Both the position numbers and the translations under genes were made by a program. From the NCBI GenBank assembly GCA_041645075.1, contig JBAZQS010000004.1, positions 1 to 58,146 on the forward strand: a stretch of DNA of 58,146 nucleotides. The letters run 5' to 3'. Shown piece after piece: positions 1 through 10,004 of the stretch. Below the pieces are notes generated by a model that worked only from the letters and a program-made list of their open reading frames with translations, was not told the DNA's origin and made no database searches. Source of the stretch: Patescibacteria group bacterium (GTDB lineage Bacteria; Patescibacteriota; Patescibacteriia; 2-01-FULL-39-33). Within the stretch, counting starts at the first letter, position 1, and every line of letters begins with the position of its first letter.

Positions 1-1229
1 GTCACGATGGCCGCCGCTTTTTTCATAATCGGCTCCCAATCCGGGTCGGTCATTTCCGCGACCAAGACCTCGCCCGCCTTAAAATCCGGCAACTGGCCGA
101 CATTCTTAATCAACCGAGCCCGGCCTTGGCCAATTTTCACGCCCACGCTGTCACCCGCCAAAAGCAACTTGCCCGCTTGCGTCAAAAAATATTCTTCTAA
201 TACATTGGGGTCTTTTTGCGAGCCGACTGTTTCCGGTCTGGCCTGCACGATAAACAACTGGCCACTCTGGCCGTCTTTGGCCCATTCAATATCCATGGGC
301 CGCTTATAATATTCTTCTATGGCCAAGCCCCATTTAGACAAAATTAAAATTTCCGGGTCGCTTAAAGCATATTTCTTTCTTAAAATTTTTGGCACGATGG
401 CGTTTTTAGTCGGTTGGCCGGGGTCATGGCTATAAATTAATTTTTTGGCTTTGTCGCCTACCTGCCGCGAAATAATCGGCTTAAAGCCGGCCGCTAAAGT
501 TTTTTTAAAAATATAATATTCGTCGGGATTAATCACGCCCTTAACCACATATTCGCCCAAACCATAGGCGGCATTGATTAAAATGACATTGCTATTGCCG
601 CTTTCCGTATCAATGGTGAACATCACGCCCGCCGTGGCCAAATCAGAACGAACCATTTTCTGGACGCAGACCGAGAGGGAAACTTTCTCATGCTTGAATC
701 CTTGGTCAATGCGATAAGAAATGGCGCGGTCCGTAAAAAGCGAGGCAAAACATTTTTTGACCGCGGCTAAAATCGGCTCTTTGCCCCTGATGTTTAAAAA
801 CGACTCTTGCTGGCCGGCAAAAGAAGCGCTGGGCAAATCCTCGGCCGTGGCCGAGGAGCGGACCGCCACGTCAACAAAATTTTGCTCATAATTTTCTGAT
901 AATTTTCTATAATTAGCAATAATAACTGATTGCAAGTCCTCTGGCAACGGCGCGTTTAAAATAATGTTCCTAATTTCCTCCCCCTTTTGATTAAGATTAT
1001 TTTTATTGGTTGATTTTAAAATTTTAAAAATCTCTTTCTTGATTTTCGCCTTTTTTAAAAAATAATTATAAGCCAAGGCCGTGATGGCAAAGCCGTTGGG
1101 AATTTTTAGGCCTTTCTTGGTGAGGTGGCGATACATTTCACCCAGTGAAGCGGTTTTACCGCCCACCAAGCCAATGTCCTTGATAGAGATTTTTTGAAAC
1201 CAAATGATGAGCTTTTTATTTTTTAGCAT
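1..1229 (-). CDS. ppsA: phosphoenolpyruvate synthase (pyruvate, water dikinase), N-terminal ~409 codons; 3' end runs off the window
   Basis: Not in the ORF track because it is open at the window edge. Minus-strand translation from ATG at 1229 gives MLKNKKLIIWFQKISIKDIGLVGGKTASLGEM. Further on it gives VAVRSSATAEDLPSASFAGQQESFLN, PMDIEWAKDG, IVQARPET and TDPDWEPIMKKAAAIVT, which are typical PpsA motifs. Confidence 0.8.
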   Translation of the reverse strand, partial: MLKNKKLIIWFQKISIKDIGLVGGKTASLGEMYRHLTKKGLKIPNGFAITALAYNYFLKKAKIKKEIFKILKSTNKNNLNQKGEEIRNIILNAPLPEDLQSVIIANYRKLSENYEQNFVDVAVRSSATAEDLPSASFAGQQESFLNIRGKEPILAAVKKCFASLFTDRAISYRIDQGFKHEKVSLSVCVQKMVRSDLATAGVMFTIDTESGNSNVILINAAYGLGEYVVKGVINPDEYYIFKKTLAAGFKPIISRQVGDKAKKLIYSHDPGQPTKNAIVPKILRKKYALSDPEILILSKWGLAIEEYYKRPMDIEWAKDGQSGQLFIVQARPETVGSQKDPNVLEEYFLTQAGKLLLAGDSVGVKIGQGRARLIKNVGQLPDFKAGEVLVAEMTDPDWEPIMKKAAAIV

Positions 1230-1242
1230 AGGCGGTTTGAGA

Positions 1243-2739
1243 TTAAATATTCTCCACCTTGATTAAATTGGCCTGGCCTTCATAGCCAAAGGGATGGCCG
1301 GCGACCACAACCACCCGATCCCCTTTTTTTAAAATTTTATGCGCGAGGAGCAATTTTTTAATTTTGCCCAAGAGCCGGTCAAAAGAAGCGGCAAAGGGCA
1401 CGATATACGACTCAACGCCCCAGCTTAGGCCAAGCTGATTAGCGGTTTTGACGGCGGGCGTGATGGCGACAATGGGCACGGCCGGCCGAAAACGGCAAAT
1501 ATTGCGCGCCGTAAAGCCTGAGGTGGTGGCGCAAACAATTAATTTGGCGTTGGCCACATCTTCGGCTAAGTCCTGGGCCATGAAACTTATTATCTGGGTA
1601 ATGGAATTTTGATTTTTAAATTCGTCTTCCTTGGCTTCCTGCTCAATAATTTCTCGGCCCTCAACCTCTCGGGCAATTTTATTCATGACTTGGACCGCTT
1701 TGAGCGGATACTTGCCGGTGGCCGTTTCGCCGGAGAGCATAATGGCGTCCGTGCCGTCTAAAATCGCGTTGGCCACATCAGAAACCTCGGCCCGAGTCGG
1801 CAAGGGATTGCGAATCATGGAGTCAAGCATCTGCGTCGCCACAATGACCGGCTTGCCGGCCTTGCGGCACTCATCAATAATTTCTTTTTGAATCAAGGGC
1901 AAGTCCTCAAAGGGCACTTCAATGCCCAAATCGCCTCGGGCGATCATAATGCCATCGGCCGCTTCCAAAATTTTCTTAAAATTTTTCACGGCGCCGGGGC
2001 GTTCAATCTTGGCGATAATCCGAGTGTGGACCCCGCTAATCTTGCCTTTGGCTTCGGGTTTTTTTAAATTATATTTTTTTTCGGCCTGATGATATTTTTT
2101 TTCCAAAAGAAAAATCTTTCGGCGCAAATTAATAATGTCTTTGGCTTCTTCAACAAACGACAGGGCGATGAAATCAAGATTATTTTTTATGCCGAATTCA
2201 ATATCGGCCAAGTCCTTTTTGGTAATGGGCGCGCATTTGATCACTGATTTGGGAAAATTTATGCCTTTATGCGATTTGATAATGCCGCCGGTTTTCACTT
2301 GGCATTTAATCGCTTTATTTTTAACGCCGGTGGCCGTTAATTCTATGGTGGCATCGTCAATTAAAATCGGGTCGCCTTTTTTGACGTATTTATAAAGATT
2401 GGCATATTGAATTGGCACATAGAGGCGCGTGGCCTTGCTGGGCGCTGAATAATTTTCCGGCGCCAAGAATACTTCTTCGCCCCGCTTAACGGCCAAGCCG
2501 TCTTTGGCCACCTGGCCGATGCGAATCCTCGGTCCCTGTAAATCCTGCATAATCGCCAATTTGACCTTTAACCGGGCGGCCACTTTTCTCAAATTATTAA
2601 TCAGCTTTAAATGGTGGTCGTAAGTGCCGTGGGAAAAATTAAGCCGCGCCACATTCAAACCGGCTTTAATCATTTTTTCCATGGTGGTTTTTGCTTCCGA
2701 AGACGGACCGATGGTCGCCACAATTTTGGTTCGTTTCAT
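1243..2739 (-). CDS. pyk: pyruvate kinase
   Basis: KIVATIGPS, NFSHG and MIARGDLGIEVP motifs; 498 aa with a Lys-rich internal insert. Confidence 0.9.
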   Translation of the reverse strand: MKRTKIVATIGPSSEAKTTMEKMIKAGLNVARLNFSHGTYDHHLKLINNLRKVAARLKVKLAIMQDLQGPRIRIGQVAKDGLAVKRGEEVFLAPENYSAPSKATRLYVPIQYANLYKYVKKGDPILIDDATIELTATGVKNKAIKCQVKTGGIIKSHKGINFPKSVIKCAPITKKDLADIEFGIKNNLDFIALSFVEEAKDIINLRRKIFLLEKKYHQAEKKYNLKKPEAKGKISGVHTRIIAKIERPGAVKNFKKILEAADGIMIARGDLGIEVPFEDLPLIQKEIIDECRKAGKPVIVATQMLDSMIRNPLPTRAEVSDVANAILDGTDAIMLSGETATGKYPLKAVQVMNKIAREVEGREIIEQEAKEDEFKNQNSITQIISFMAQDLAEDVANAKLIVCATTSGFTARNICRFRPAVPIVAITPAVKTANQLGLSWGVESYIVPFAASFDRLLGKIKKLLLAHKILKKGDRVVVVAGHPFGYEGQANLIKVENI

Positions 2740-2759
2740 AAAATAAATCCGGATAAAAA

Positions 2760-3086
2760 TTATAATTTAATCTTTTTCACAATATCCTTGACAATCGGTA
2801 TTTCCCAATATTCGCCCTGCAGGGTTTTGAAGAAAGCCAAAAGCGACACCACGACCAACAACAGCCAAAACAGCCAGCCGATTATGGGAATCCAAAAAAA
2901 TAAAGAGCCGACCAATTCAATCACGAATAAAACCAAGCCCTGTTTCGCGTGGGCGCTGGCAAAGGGACTGCTTTTCTTAAAGAGCAAGGGAATGAGGCAC
3001 AAAACCCACAAATAAGAAATGGCGGCGACAGTTTTGTTGTCCTCTATGTCTTTTTGTTCAAAAACTTTTTTTGTCTCTTCTGGCAT
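2760..3086 (-). CDS. small membrane protein (DUF4870-like)
   Basis: 108 aa with 2-3 hydrophobic helices and an HAKQGLVLF-type motif. The family assignment is from memory only. Confidence 0.5.
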   Translation of the reverse strand: MPEETKKVFEQKDIEDNKTVAAISYLWVLCLIPLLFKKSSPFASAHAKQGLVLFVIELVGSLFFWIPIIGWLFWLLLVVVSLLAFFKTLQGEYWEIPIVKDIVKKIKL

Positions 3087-3109
3087 ATTATTATTTTAAA
3101 TAATTAATT

Positions 3110-3142
3110 GAGACGGTTATAAAATAGTTTCATAACTATCTC
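3110..3142. repeat. GAGAT-family hairpin (both arms, short form)
   Basis: GAGACGGTTATAAAATAG..CATAACTATCTC between two minus-strand genes. Confidence 0.55.
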
Positions 3143-3561
3143 ATTTTTAAACGGAAAATATAAACAACGGAAATGCTCACCAAAACGCCGAGCAAAACAA
3201 CCAAAGTGGTCTCGGTAATAAGATTAAAAAATTTCCAAATTTTCACGCCGGTAAAAAACCGGAATAAAGAAACGGCCAAGCCAATGATAAATCCGGCCAA
3301 AGCGCCGGCCAGGGCGGCGACCGCCGGACTGTTACCGAAATTTTTAAACACCCGCCAGCCCAAAAAAGCAAAAACAAAAAATCGGAAAATCCACATGATA
3401 ATTTCCATTTCATCAAATAAAAAACCGCCGGCCGAAACACCCGCTCGCCAGCGAAAAATAATTTCTAACAACAAGGCGGCCGCGACCGGCCATTTAAGAA
3501 AAGAAAAATAAATCGTAAAATCTATGGGCTCCCAAATTTTTGAGGCGCTGTTGTTAATCAT
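3136..3561 (-). CDS. hypothetical integral membrane protein
   Basis: 141 aa with about 4 hydrophobic segments and no recognisable motif. Confidence 0.45.
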   Translation of the reverse strand: MINNSASKIWEPIDFTIYFSFLKWPVAAALLLEIIFRWRAGVSAGGFLFDEMEIIMWIFRFFVFAFLGWRVFKNFGNSPAVAALAGALAGFIIGLAVSLFRFFTGVKIWKFFNLITETTLVVLLGVLVSISVVYIFRLKMR

Positions 3562-3622
3562 GACTCTATTATAGCAGAAAAACCTCTACCGGCAAAATCA
3601 AAAAACACAAAAAGCCGCCGAT

Positions 3623-5830
3623 TTACAATTTCTTTCGCTTCAGCAACAGTGAATTAACCACCACCGAAACACTGCTTAACGCCATGGCCAAACCGGCAAA
3701 CTCGGCCCGCAACAACCCTAAGGCGGCAATAGGAATGCCGACGCTATTGTAAAATAAAGCCCAAAACATATTCTGTTTGATTTTGGCCAAAGTTTGCCGG
3801 CTTAGTTTAATCGCTTTAATCACATCTTGCAAATCATTTTTGATTAAAATAATGCCGCCGGTTTCAATGGCAATATCCGTGCCGGCTCCCATGGCAATGC
3901 CTAAATCCGCTTGGGCCAAAGCCGGCGCGTCATTAATGCCGTCGCCGACCATGGCCACCACCACCCGCCGCGGGCGGAAATTTTTCAATTCTCCTTGTTG
4001 CAGTTTTTTTATCTCTTTGGCTTTGTCCTCCGGCAGAACTTCGGCTAAAACCTCGTCAATGCCGACTTGACGGGCAATCGCTTGGGCGGTGCGCTGATTA
4101 TCACCGGTAATCATAATGGTTTTAATTTTTATTTTCTGCAATTGCTTTATGGCCGCGGCGGTCGTCTCTTTTAAAGTATCGGCCACGGCAATCAGGCCGA
4201 CGACATTTGAATCAATCGCGGCCACCATCACGGTTTTTCCTTCATTTTCTAAGCGGCTCTTATCTTCTTTAATATTAGCGGCCACGGCAATATTAAATTG
4301 CGCCATTAATTTTTCCGTGCCCACTAAAACATCTTGGCCCGTCACTTCGCCTTTGACGCCATGACCGGCAATGGCGGCGAAATTAGTCACGGACAATAAT
4401 TCTAAATTTTGTTCTTTAGCTTTTTTAACAATCGCTTCGGCCAAGGGATGCTCGGAGCGATTTTCCAATGAAGCCGTTAATTGTAAAATCTTATTTCGCG
4501 TTTGGCGTTTGGCGTTTGGCGCTTCAATAATGTCCGTAACTTCCGGTTGCCCCTTGGTTAAGGTGCCGGTTTTATCAAAGACAATGACTTGAATCTTATT
4601 AGCCGCTTCCAAGGGCTCGCCGCCGCGAATCAAAATGCCATTTTCCGCGCCTTTGCCCGTGCCCACCATAATGGCGGTGGGCGTGGCCAAGCCCAAAGCG
4701 CAAGGACAAGCAATCACCAATACCGCCGTAAAAGCAAGTAAAGCCGTCACAAAAGGCGAGAGAACCAAAAAATACCAACTGATAAAAGTAATCAAGCCCA
4801 AAGCGATAACCGCCGGCACAAAATAACCGGAGATTGTGTCCGCAAATTTCTGAATCGGCGCCTTACTGGCTTGAGCGTCTTCAACCACTCTGATAATTTG
4901 CGCCAAGACCGTGTCTTTGCCCACTTTGGTCGCCTTAAACTTAAAACTGCCGGTTTTATTAATGGTGGCGCCAACCACCGAATCCCCGATTTTTTTCTCC
5001 ACCGGAATGCTCTCGCCGGAAATCATTGACTCGTCAACACTGGAATAACCTTCCATCACTTGGCCGTCAACCGGAATTTTTTCGCCCGGCCGGACCATGA
5101 CCAAATCGCCGGGCGCCACTTCTTGAATCGGCACGTCAATTTCTCGGCCGTCCCTGACGACCCGGGCGGTTTTGGCTTGCAGGCCCATTAATTTTTTTAT
5201 GGCTTCGCCGGTTTTGCCTTTAGCCCGCGCCTCCAGCCACTTGCCCAAAATCACAAAAGTGATAAGCAAGGCCGAGGTCTCATAGAATATTTCACCCTTA
5301 ATTAAATAAGTGGTGGCCAAGCTGTAAAAATAAGCGGCGCTGGTGCCAATGGCGATTAGCGTGTCCATATTGGCCGTCTTGTTTTTAAACGCAAAATACG
5401 TGCCGCGGTAAAACCGCCAGCCAAAATAAAACTGAACAAGGCCGGCTAAAAGCGACTGGATAATTTTGCTTTGAAAAGAGGTATCGCGCAAAATCATGCT
5501 TAAAACCGCCACCGGCAAGGTCAAAATTAAACTGAAAATAAATATATTTCTTTCTTTTTTAATTTCTTTTTCGCGAAGGCCTTGGGCTTGATCAAGGGCC
5601 TCTTCGGTTTCGGTTACCGCCGCCGCCTCATAGCCACTGTCTTTGACGGCCGCGATAATTTCTGGCTCCTGGCCGACCTCGCCCTCACATTGAACAACGG
5701 CTTTCTGGGTGGCAAAATTAACCGTAACGTTTTTCACGCCCGGCAATTTTTTTAAATTATTTTCAATCGTTAAAGCGCAGGAAGCGCAATGCATGCCGGA
5801 AATATTGTAAGTGGTTTTTTTGTTTTCCAT
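3623..5830 (-). CDS. copA: copper-translocating P1B-type ATPase
   Basis: N-terminal HMA motif GMHCASC, CPC in a transmembrane helix, DKTGTLT phosphorylation site, GDGINDAP. Confidence 0.9.
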   Translation of the reverse strand: MENKKTTYNISGMHCASCALTIENNLKKLPGVKNVTVNFATQKAVVQCEGEVGQEPEIIAAVKDSGYEAAAVTETEEALDQAQGLREKEIKKERNIFIFSLILTLPVAVLSMILRDTSFQSKIIQSLLAGLVQFYFGWRFYRGTYFAFKNKTANMDTLIAIGTSAAYFYSLATTYLIKGEIFYETSALLITFVILGKWLEARAKGKTGEAIKKLMGLQAKTARVVRDGREIDVPIQEVAPGDLVMVRPGEKIPVDGQVMEGYSSVDESMISGESIPVEKKIGDSVVGATINKTGSFKFKATKVGKDTVLAQIIRVVEDAQASKAPIQKFADTISGYFVPAVIALGLITFISWYFLVLSPFVTALLAFTAVLVIACPCALGLATPTAIMVGTGKGAENGILIRGGEPLEAANKIQVIVFDKTGTLTKGQPEVTDIIEAPNAKRQTRNKILQLTASLENRSEHPLAEAIVKKAKEQNLELLSVTNFAAIAGHGVKGEVTGQDVLVGTEKLMAQFNIAVAANIKEDKSRLENEGKTVMVAAIDSNVVGLIAVADTLKETTAAAIKQLQKIKIKTIMITGDNQRTAQAIARQVGIDEVLAEVLPEDKAKEIKKLQQGELKNFRPRRVVVAMVGDGINDAPALAQADLGIAMGAGTDIAIETGGIILIKNDLQDVIKAIKLSRQTLAKIKQNMFWALFYNSVGIPIAALGLLRAEFAGLAMALSSVSVVVNSLLLKRKKL

Positions 5831-5854
5831 GTTTATAGCTTATTTATAATCATC

Positions 5855-6223
5855 TCATTCTACTATCAATTTGCCCTGATACATGCCCATATCGCAGGCA
5901 AAAATAAATTCGCCTTTCCCTGTCGGCGTAATTTCTATGGTCACGGTCCGACCCGCCGGCAATTCCCGCCGAATTTGCCAATCGGAAAAATTAACAAAGC
6001 GCGAGCACTCATTATCCTCTTGCCGAGTAAAATTAATCCTGATGGGTTCGCCCAGCTTGGCGCGGATAATATTGGGCGAATAGACCCCCTTGACGATAAC
6101 GTCAAAAACCTGGCGGCCGCCGCTTTCTTTGGCCGCGACCCCGGTTTGATTTTTAGTATACCAAAGCCACAGCCAAAAAAGAACGGCGACCATAATAATT
6201 AAAATAATGCCGATTAGTTGCAT
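5855..6223 (-). CDS. membrane-anchored cupredoxin-like domain protein
   Basis: N-terminal TM helix and C-terminal EFIFACDMGMYQGKLIVE (Cys/Met/His-type ligand region). It lies immediately upstream of copA, a common pairing. Confidence 0.6.
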   Translation of the reverse strand: MQLIGIILIIMVAVLFWLWLWYTKNQTGVAAKESGGRQVFDVIVKGVYSPNIIRAKLGEPIRINFTRQEDNECSRFVNFSDWQIRRELPAGRTVTIEITPTGKGEFIFACDMGMYQGKLIVE

Positions 6224-6242
6224 AAAAATTTTTAAATTAAAA

Positions 6243-6596
6243 TTAACAGCAATATAATTTATCCGGCATTTCCCCCGCCTTTATTTTGCCAAAAGGATTG
6301 CCGTATTTTCTGATGTTGGCAATCATCTCTTTATTGGCTTCGGTTTCTAGGCCCAACGCCACCATTTTCTGCCGGATGCTTTCTATTTCTAAATCATAAC
6401 CCAAGGGACAAATCACCCGGCAAGCGAGGCAAACCGTGCAGTGAGTATAAAATAATTCAGCCAATTTTTCATTGTCCTTTAAAATGGCCTTGCCTCTGGG
6501 CGAGACACTCTCATGCCTGACGAGCTTAAAAAATTCACAGGTCTCGCGGCATAATCCGCAACGGCTGCAGATATTTTTCTTTTTCTCTTCTGTCAT
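6243..6596 (-). CDS. 2x[4Fe-4S] ferredoxin-type subunit (GlcF N-terminal-like)
   Basis: Two Cys clusters, CSRCGLCRETC and CTVCLACRVICP. It overlaps the upstream gene by 4 nt. Confidence 0.6.
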   Translation of the reverse strand: MTEEKKKNICSRCGLCRETCEFFKLVRHESVSPRGKAILKDNEKLAELFYTHCTVCLACRVICPLGYDLEIESIRQKMVALGLETEANKEMIANIRKYGNPFGKIKAGEMPDKLYCC

Positions 6597-7759
6597 ATGA
6601 CTTTCCCCCGGTTAAATATCCCACTGGGGTCAAATTTATTTTTTAAGTCCCGCCGATATTTTAATTCAAGATTATCTAAAAATTGTTTCTTTTTCAAGCC
6701 GATGCCATGCTCACCGCTTACTTTTCCGCCCAATTGATTTACTAAAGCATACATTTCTTTTATTTTTTCTTTTTCCTCGGGTCTAAAATGGGGATGAAAA
6801 ATACCAACGCCAATGTGCCCGAAAACCGGCACGGCGTTTTTTGAAAACCAATCCAACATTTCTTTGACGCCGGACTCGGGCACTAAGGGGTCTTCAATAA
6901 TCGGATAACCGCTGCCAATCATTATGGGCGCGATGCCTTCTCTTTTATGCCAAAATTTTAACACCTCAACCTCGCTCTTATTAGGCCCCTCAATTTCCGC
7001 AAAAAGATAATATTTTTCTTCTAAACCCAGGCGCGAAGCGATCAGGGGAGAAATAAATTCTAAAGAAAGTAGGCCGGGAATTTTTTTCCAATTTCCAACC
7101 ATCGCCAATAAGTCGGCCACGTTATTACCGCTGGCCATAATCACATAGGTCTCTTCAATTTTATTAACGAGTTTTAATTTCATTTTTACCATTAAGCCAT
7201 TTAATCCTTCCGAGCCGACAATTTCTTTTATTTCATCGCCACTGATATTAATGATTTCGCCATTACCGTCCACCAGCCATAATTCCTCAACCCAATCGGA
7301 CATCCGGCCGAATTTTAACGACCAAATCCCGGCCGCATTGGTGGCGGCCATTCCGCCCAAAGTACAAACCGAGTGGCTGCCGGGAATCACGGGAAAAACT
7401 AAATTATATTTTTTTAAAAATTCATTAAGCTGATCTAAAACCACCCCCGGCTGGACCATGGCCGTCTTATCGTTCTCATTAACTTCAATAATTTGATTCA
7501 TTTTGGAAAAATCAATCACCAGGGAATTTTGCGGCACGCAACCGCCCACCAGTCCGGTACCGGCGCCCCGAGCCGCCAAATCAAGGCCTGATTTTTTTGC
7601 CTCCTCAATCACTTGAATAACCTCATCAATTGATTCCGGCCAGACGCAAAGCGCGGCCGAACCAACCACCCCGGAGGCGTCCGTGGAACAAGCCAGCAAG
7701 TCCTCATTATTATAAGAGGACTGGCAGTGGTTTAGTTTTTTAATTAATTCCGACACCAT
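6593..7759 (-). CDS. FAD-binding oxidoreductase (GlcD / D-lactate dehydrogenase family)
   Basis: FAD_binding_4-like region (ARGAGTGLVGG) and C-terminal GEHGIG motif. At 388 aa it is shorter than typical GlcD. Confidence 0.75.
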   Translation of the reverse strand: MVSELIKKLNHCQSSYNNEDLLACSTDASGVVGSAALCVWPESIDEVIQVIEEAKKSGLDLAARGAGTGLVGGCVPQNSLVIDFSKMNQIIEVNENDKTAMVQPGVVLDQLNEFLKKYNLVFPVIPGSHSVCTLGGMAATNAAGIWSLKFGRMSDWVEELWLVDGNGEIINISGDEIKEIVGSEGLNGLMVKMKLKLVNKIEETYVIMASGNNVADLLAMVGNWKKIPGLLSLEFISPLIASRLGLEEKYYLFAEIEGPNKSEVEVLKFWHKREGIAPIMIGSGYPIIEDPLVPESGVKEMLDWFSKNAVPVFGHIGVGIFHPHFRPEEKEKIKEMYALVNQLGGKVSGEHGIGLKKKQFLDNLELKYRRDLKNKFDPSGIFNRGKVI

Positions 7760-8445
7760 ATTAATTCTGATAATTCTAAAACCGCCAGATCACTGGGGGC
7801 ATTTTCCTTAAACTGAAGGTAGCACAATGGGCAGGGGCTGACCAATTTTTTCGTCTTGACTTGCGAGAGCACGTTGTTCGCCACTTTATTGGCCAAATCA
7901 GGATTATTGGTTTTAACCCCGCCACCGGCCCCGCAACACCGGCTCTTATCCAGGGCGCAAGGAAATTCAGCAATCTGATAGCCCATGTCCTTTAAAATTT
8001 TACGCGGTTCTTGATAGATGCCATTATATCGGCCCAAATGACAGGGGTCGTGATAAGTAATGGGTTGGGCCGACGGCCAAGCCGCCTTAATTTTTGAAAC
8101 TTTTTTAACTAATATTTCTGTTATGTGCTCAACTCTAAGGCCATAGTTATTCTTGAATATATTAAAACAGGCCGGGCAATTGGTAATAATTTTTGTGACA
8201 TTGTATTTTTTAAAAATGGCCAGATTTTTTTCTTTTAAATCAGCAAAGTCCTGCAAATAGCCGGCTTTAATCACCGGACTGCCGCAGCATAATTCCTTAT
8301 CCGGCAACATTATAAAATCAACGCCAATTTGGCGCAAAATTTTTTCGTACCGGCTTTGAATGTCGGGCAAAACCGTTTTAGTCAAACAACCGGGATAATA
8401 CAAAGTATTGCCGCCGATTATTTTCGCCATCACTTTTTTAAACAT
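7744..8445 (-). CDS. CCG-domain (Fe-S)-binding protein (GlcF C-terminal / LutA / HdrD-like)
   Basis: Two cysteine-rich CCG-type repeats: YYPGC..CCGSP..NCPAC and YHDPCHLGR..RCCGAGGG..PCPLC. Confidence 0.7.
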   Translation of the reverse strand: MFKKVMAKIIGGNTLYYPGCLTKTVLPDIQSRYEKILRQIGVDFIMLPDKELCCGSPVIKAGYLQDFADLKEKNLAIFKKYNVTKIITNCPACFNIFKNNYGLRVEHITEILVKKVSKIKAAWPSAQPITYHDPCHLGRYNGIYQEPRKILKDMGYQIAEFPCALDKSRCCGAGGGVKTNNPDLANKVANNVLSQVKTKKLVSPCPLCYLQFKENAPSDLAVLELSELIWCRN

Positions 8446-8454
8446 CTTAATTTT

Positions 8455-8754
8455 TTAACTACTTCGGCAAAATTTATTATGCAGCCAAGCCACCAATCCG
8501 GCTCCGATATAAGTATAAATTACGGCTTGCAACAAACCGGCGATAAAACCGCCAAAAGTTAATCTCACATCAGCGCCTTTTTCTAAATTAACCAAATGAA
8601 CCAACGAACCAAAAAGTTTTAAAGCCAAATCAGGCCACAAAGCCACAAAAACGGCGCAAAGCAGATAAATTACTCCGATCACGCCGGCCGCCGATAAGGC
8701 AAAACCCTGAACGTTAATTTGGCAATAATGTTTTTCGTTTTCCATAATTTTCAC
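8455..8754 (-). CDS. small membrane protein, unknown function
   Basis: 99 aa with 2-3 hydrophobic helices, 9 nt from the downstream gene. Confidence 0.45.
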   Translation of the reverse strand: MKIMENEKHYCQINVQGFALSAAGVIGVIYLLCAVFVALWPDLALKLFGSLVHLVNLEKGADVRLTFGGFIAGLLQAVIYTYIGAGLVAWLHNKFCRSS

Positions 8755-8800
8755 CCCCTTTATTAGAACCGGGTATTTTAGAAATATTTATTTAACCTCA

Positions 8801-8977
8801 TTAATGGCAACAACCGCCCTTTTTGCTGATTTGACTTACGCCGGCAATCTGGTTTTGTTCTTCATATTTTTTTAAACAGTTTTCCGAACAAAACTTTTCG
8901 CCGTAGCGGGAAATAAAACTTGGGGTGGCGGCCATACCGCAAATAGGACATTTTTTCTGCCTAAATAATTGAAACAT
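8801..8977 (-). CDS. small TRASH/YHS-like Cys-rich metal-binding protein (58 aa, below the ORF-track cutoff)
   Basis: Hand translation gives MFQLFRQKKCPICGMAATPSFISRYGEKFCSENCLKKYEEQNQIAGVSQISKKGGCCH. It has the CPxCGM...C..C pattern plus a C-terminal GGCCH, and fills a gap in a tightly packed operon. Confidence 0.5.
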   Translation of the reverse strand: MFQLFRQKKCPICGMAATPSFISRYGEKFCSENCLKKYEEQNQIAGVSQISKKGGCCH

Positions 8978-8990
8978 ATTTTATTTTATT

Positions 8991-9230
8991 TTATTTATTA
9001 ATTTCCTTTTTGATTTCTTCAAATTCTTTTTTGGTAATTTCACCCCTGGCATAACGTTGTTTTAAAATTTCTAACGGTTGGCCGCCGTTATTATTCTGAC
9101 CGCCAGTCGTTAATGCCTTAATCAACCAAATAATGGCGGAAATCACCAAAACCCAGAAAAAAACCATAAAAAACCAGCCTAGAATCATTGAACTCAAACT
9201 AAAACCGTAATCAAATGGCAGACCCATCAT
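8991..9230 (-). CDS. SHOCT-domain membrane protein
   Basis: N-terminal TM helix and C-terminal LEILKQRYARGEITKKEFEEIKKEI (SHOCT-like). Confidence 0.6.
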   Translation of the reverse strand: MMGLPFDYGFSLSSMILGWFFMVFFWVLVISAIIWLIKALTTGGQNNNGGQPLEILKQRYARGEITKKEFEEIKKEINK

Positions 9231-9408
9231 AAAATATTTCTCCTGACCGGCCAGCGGTTTTGGCGGCCGGATAAATTATTAATAATTTTAAGCATTTCCA
9301 CTCTGGTATTATAACAAGTTAAACAATAATATCAACCCCAGGGTAAATCCTCAAAGTTCAACCGAGCGCCTTTAACGGCGAGCGATTGCTTGGAGCGATT
9401 TTTTAATT

Positions 9409-9924
9409 TTACGGTCCGAATGGCTCCGGCGATCTGTTTTTATTGGCCTTAATAAAGTTCATAATAGCTGTCTCGTCAAATTGCTCAAGTTTCTGCAATC
9501 TGCCCCACGAGGCGAGGGCAATATGAGCGTCGTTTGCCCGCCGAGGCGTCACAATAATTTGGGAATTGGCTCGACCGATTTTTTCTAACGCCACTTTGGT
9601 CGCGTCATCAATTTCTTTGTAGGAAATCCAGACGCCGCCGTGCTCAAGATTATGTACCACCTGCTCATCGGGTAACTCGGTCTGATAGACCCCCCAATTG
9701 GCGGGTTGCGCATAGTGCCAGCCCGAGGTGGGAGGGTTGGAATTATAGGCCGGATGAGAGGCGCCGACAGAGATATGTTGTACGCCTAAAATAGGATGGG
9801 CCTGGCCTGGCCATTCTTGTCCGCCTGGTTGGCGCGACCAGATAATTAAACCATAAACGACTCCGATTATGGCCATGGGGCCGATAATCCACCACATCGT
9901 TTTTTGAATTTGATTTTTAGCCAT
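9409..9924 (-). CDS. DUF3105-domain exported protein
   Basis: N-terminal TM/signal anchor and the HNLEHGGVWISY motif typical of DUF3105 (from memory). Confidence 0.6.
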   Translation of the reverse strand: MAKNQIQKTMWWIIGPMAIIGVVYGLIIWSRQPGGQEWPGQAHPILGVQHISVGASHPAYNSNPPTSGWHYAQPANWGVYQTELPDEQVVHNLEHGGVWISYKEIDDATKVALEKIGRANSQIIVTPRRANDAHIALASWGRLQKLEQFDETAIMNFIKANKNRSPEPFGP

Positions 9925-10004
9925 AATTTTTTTATTTTGGGATATTAATTTATTTTTTGACCTTTAATTTTTGCAGATAATTATAAATACTAAGCGCGGC
10001 CTTG

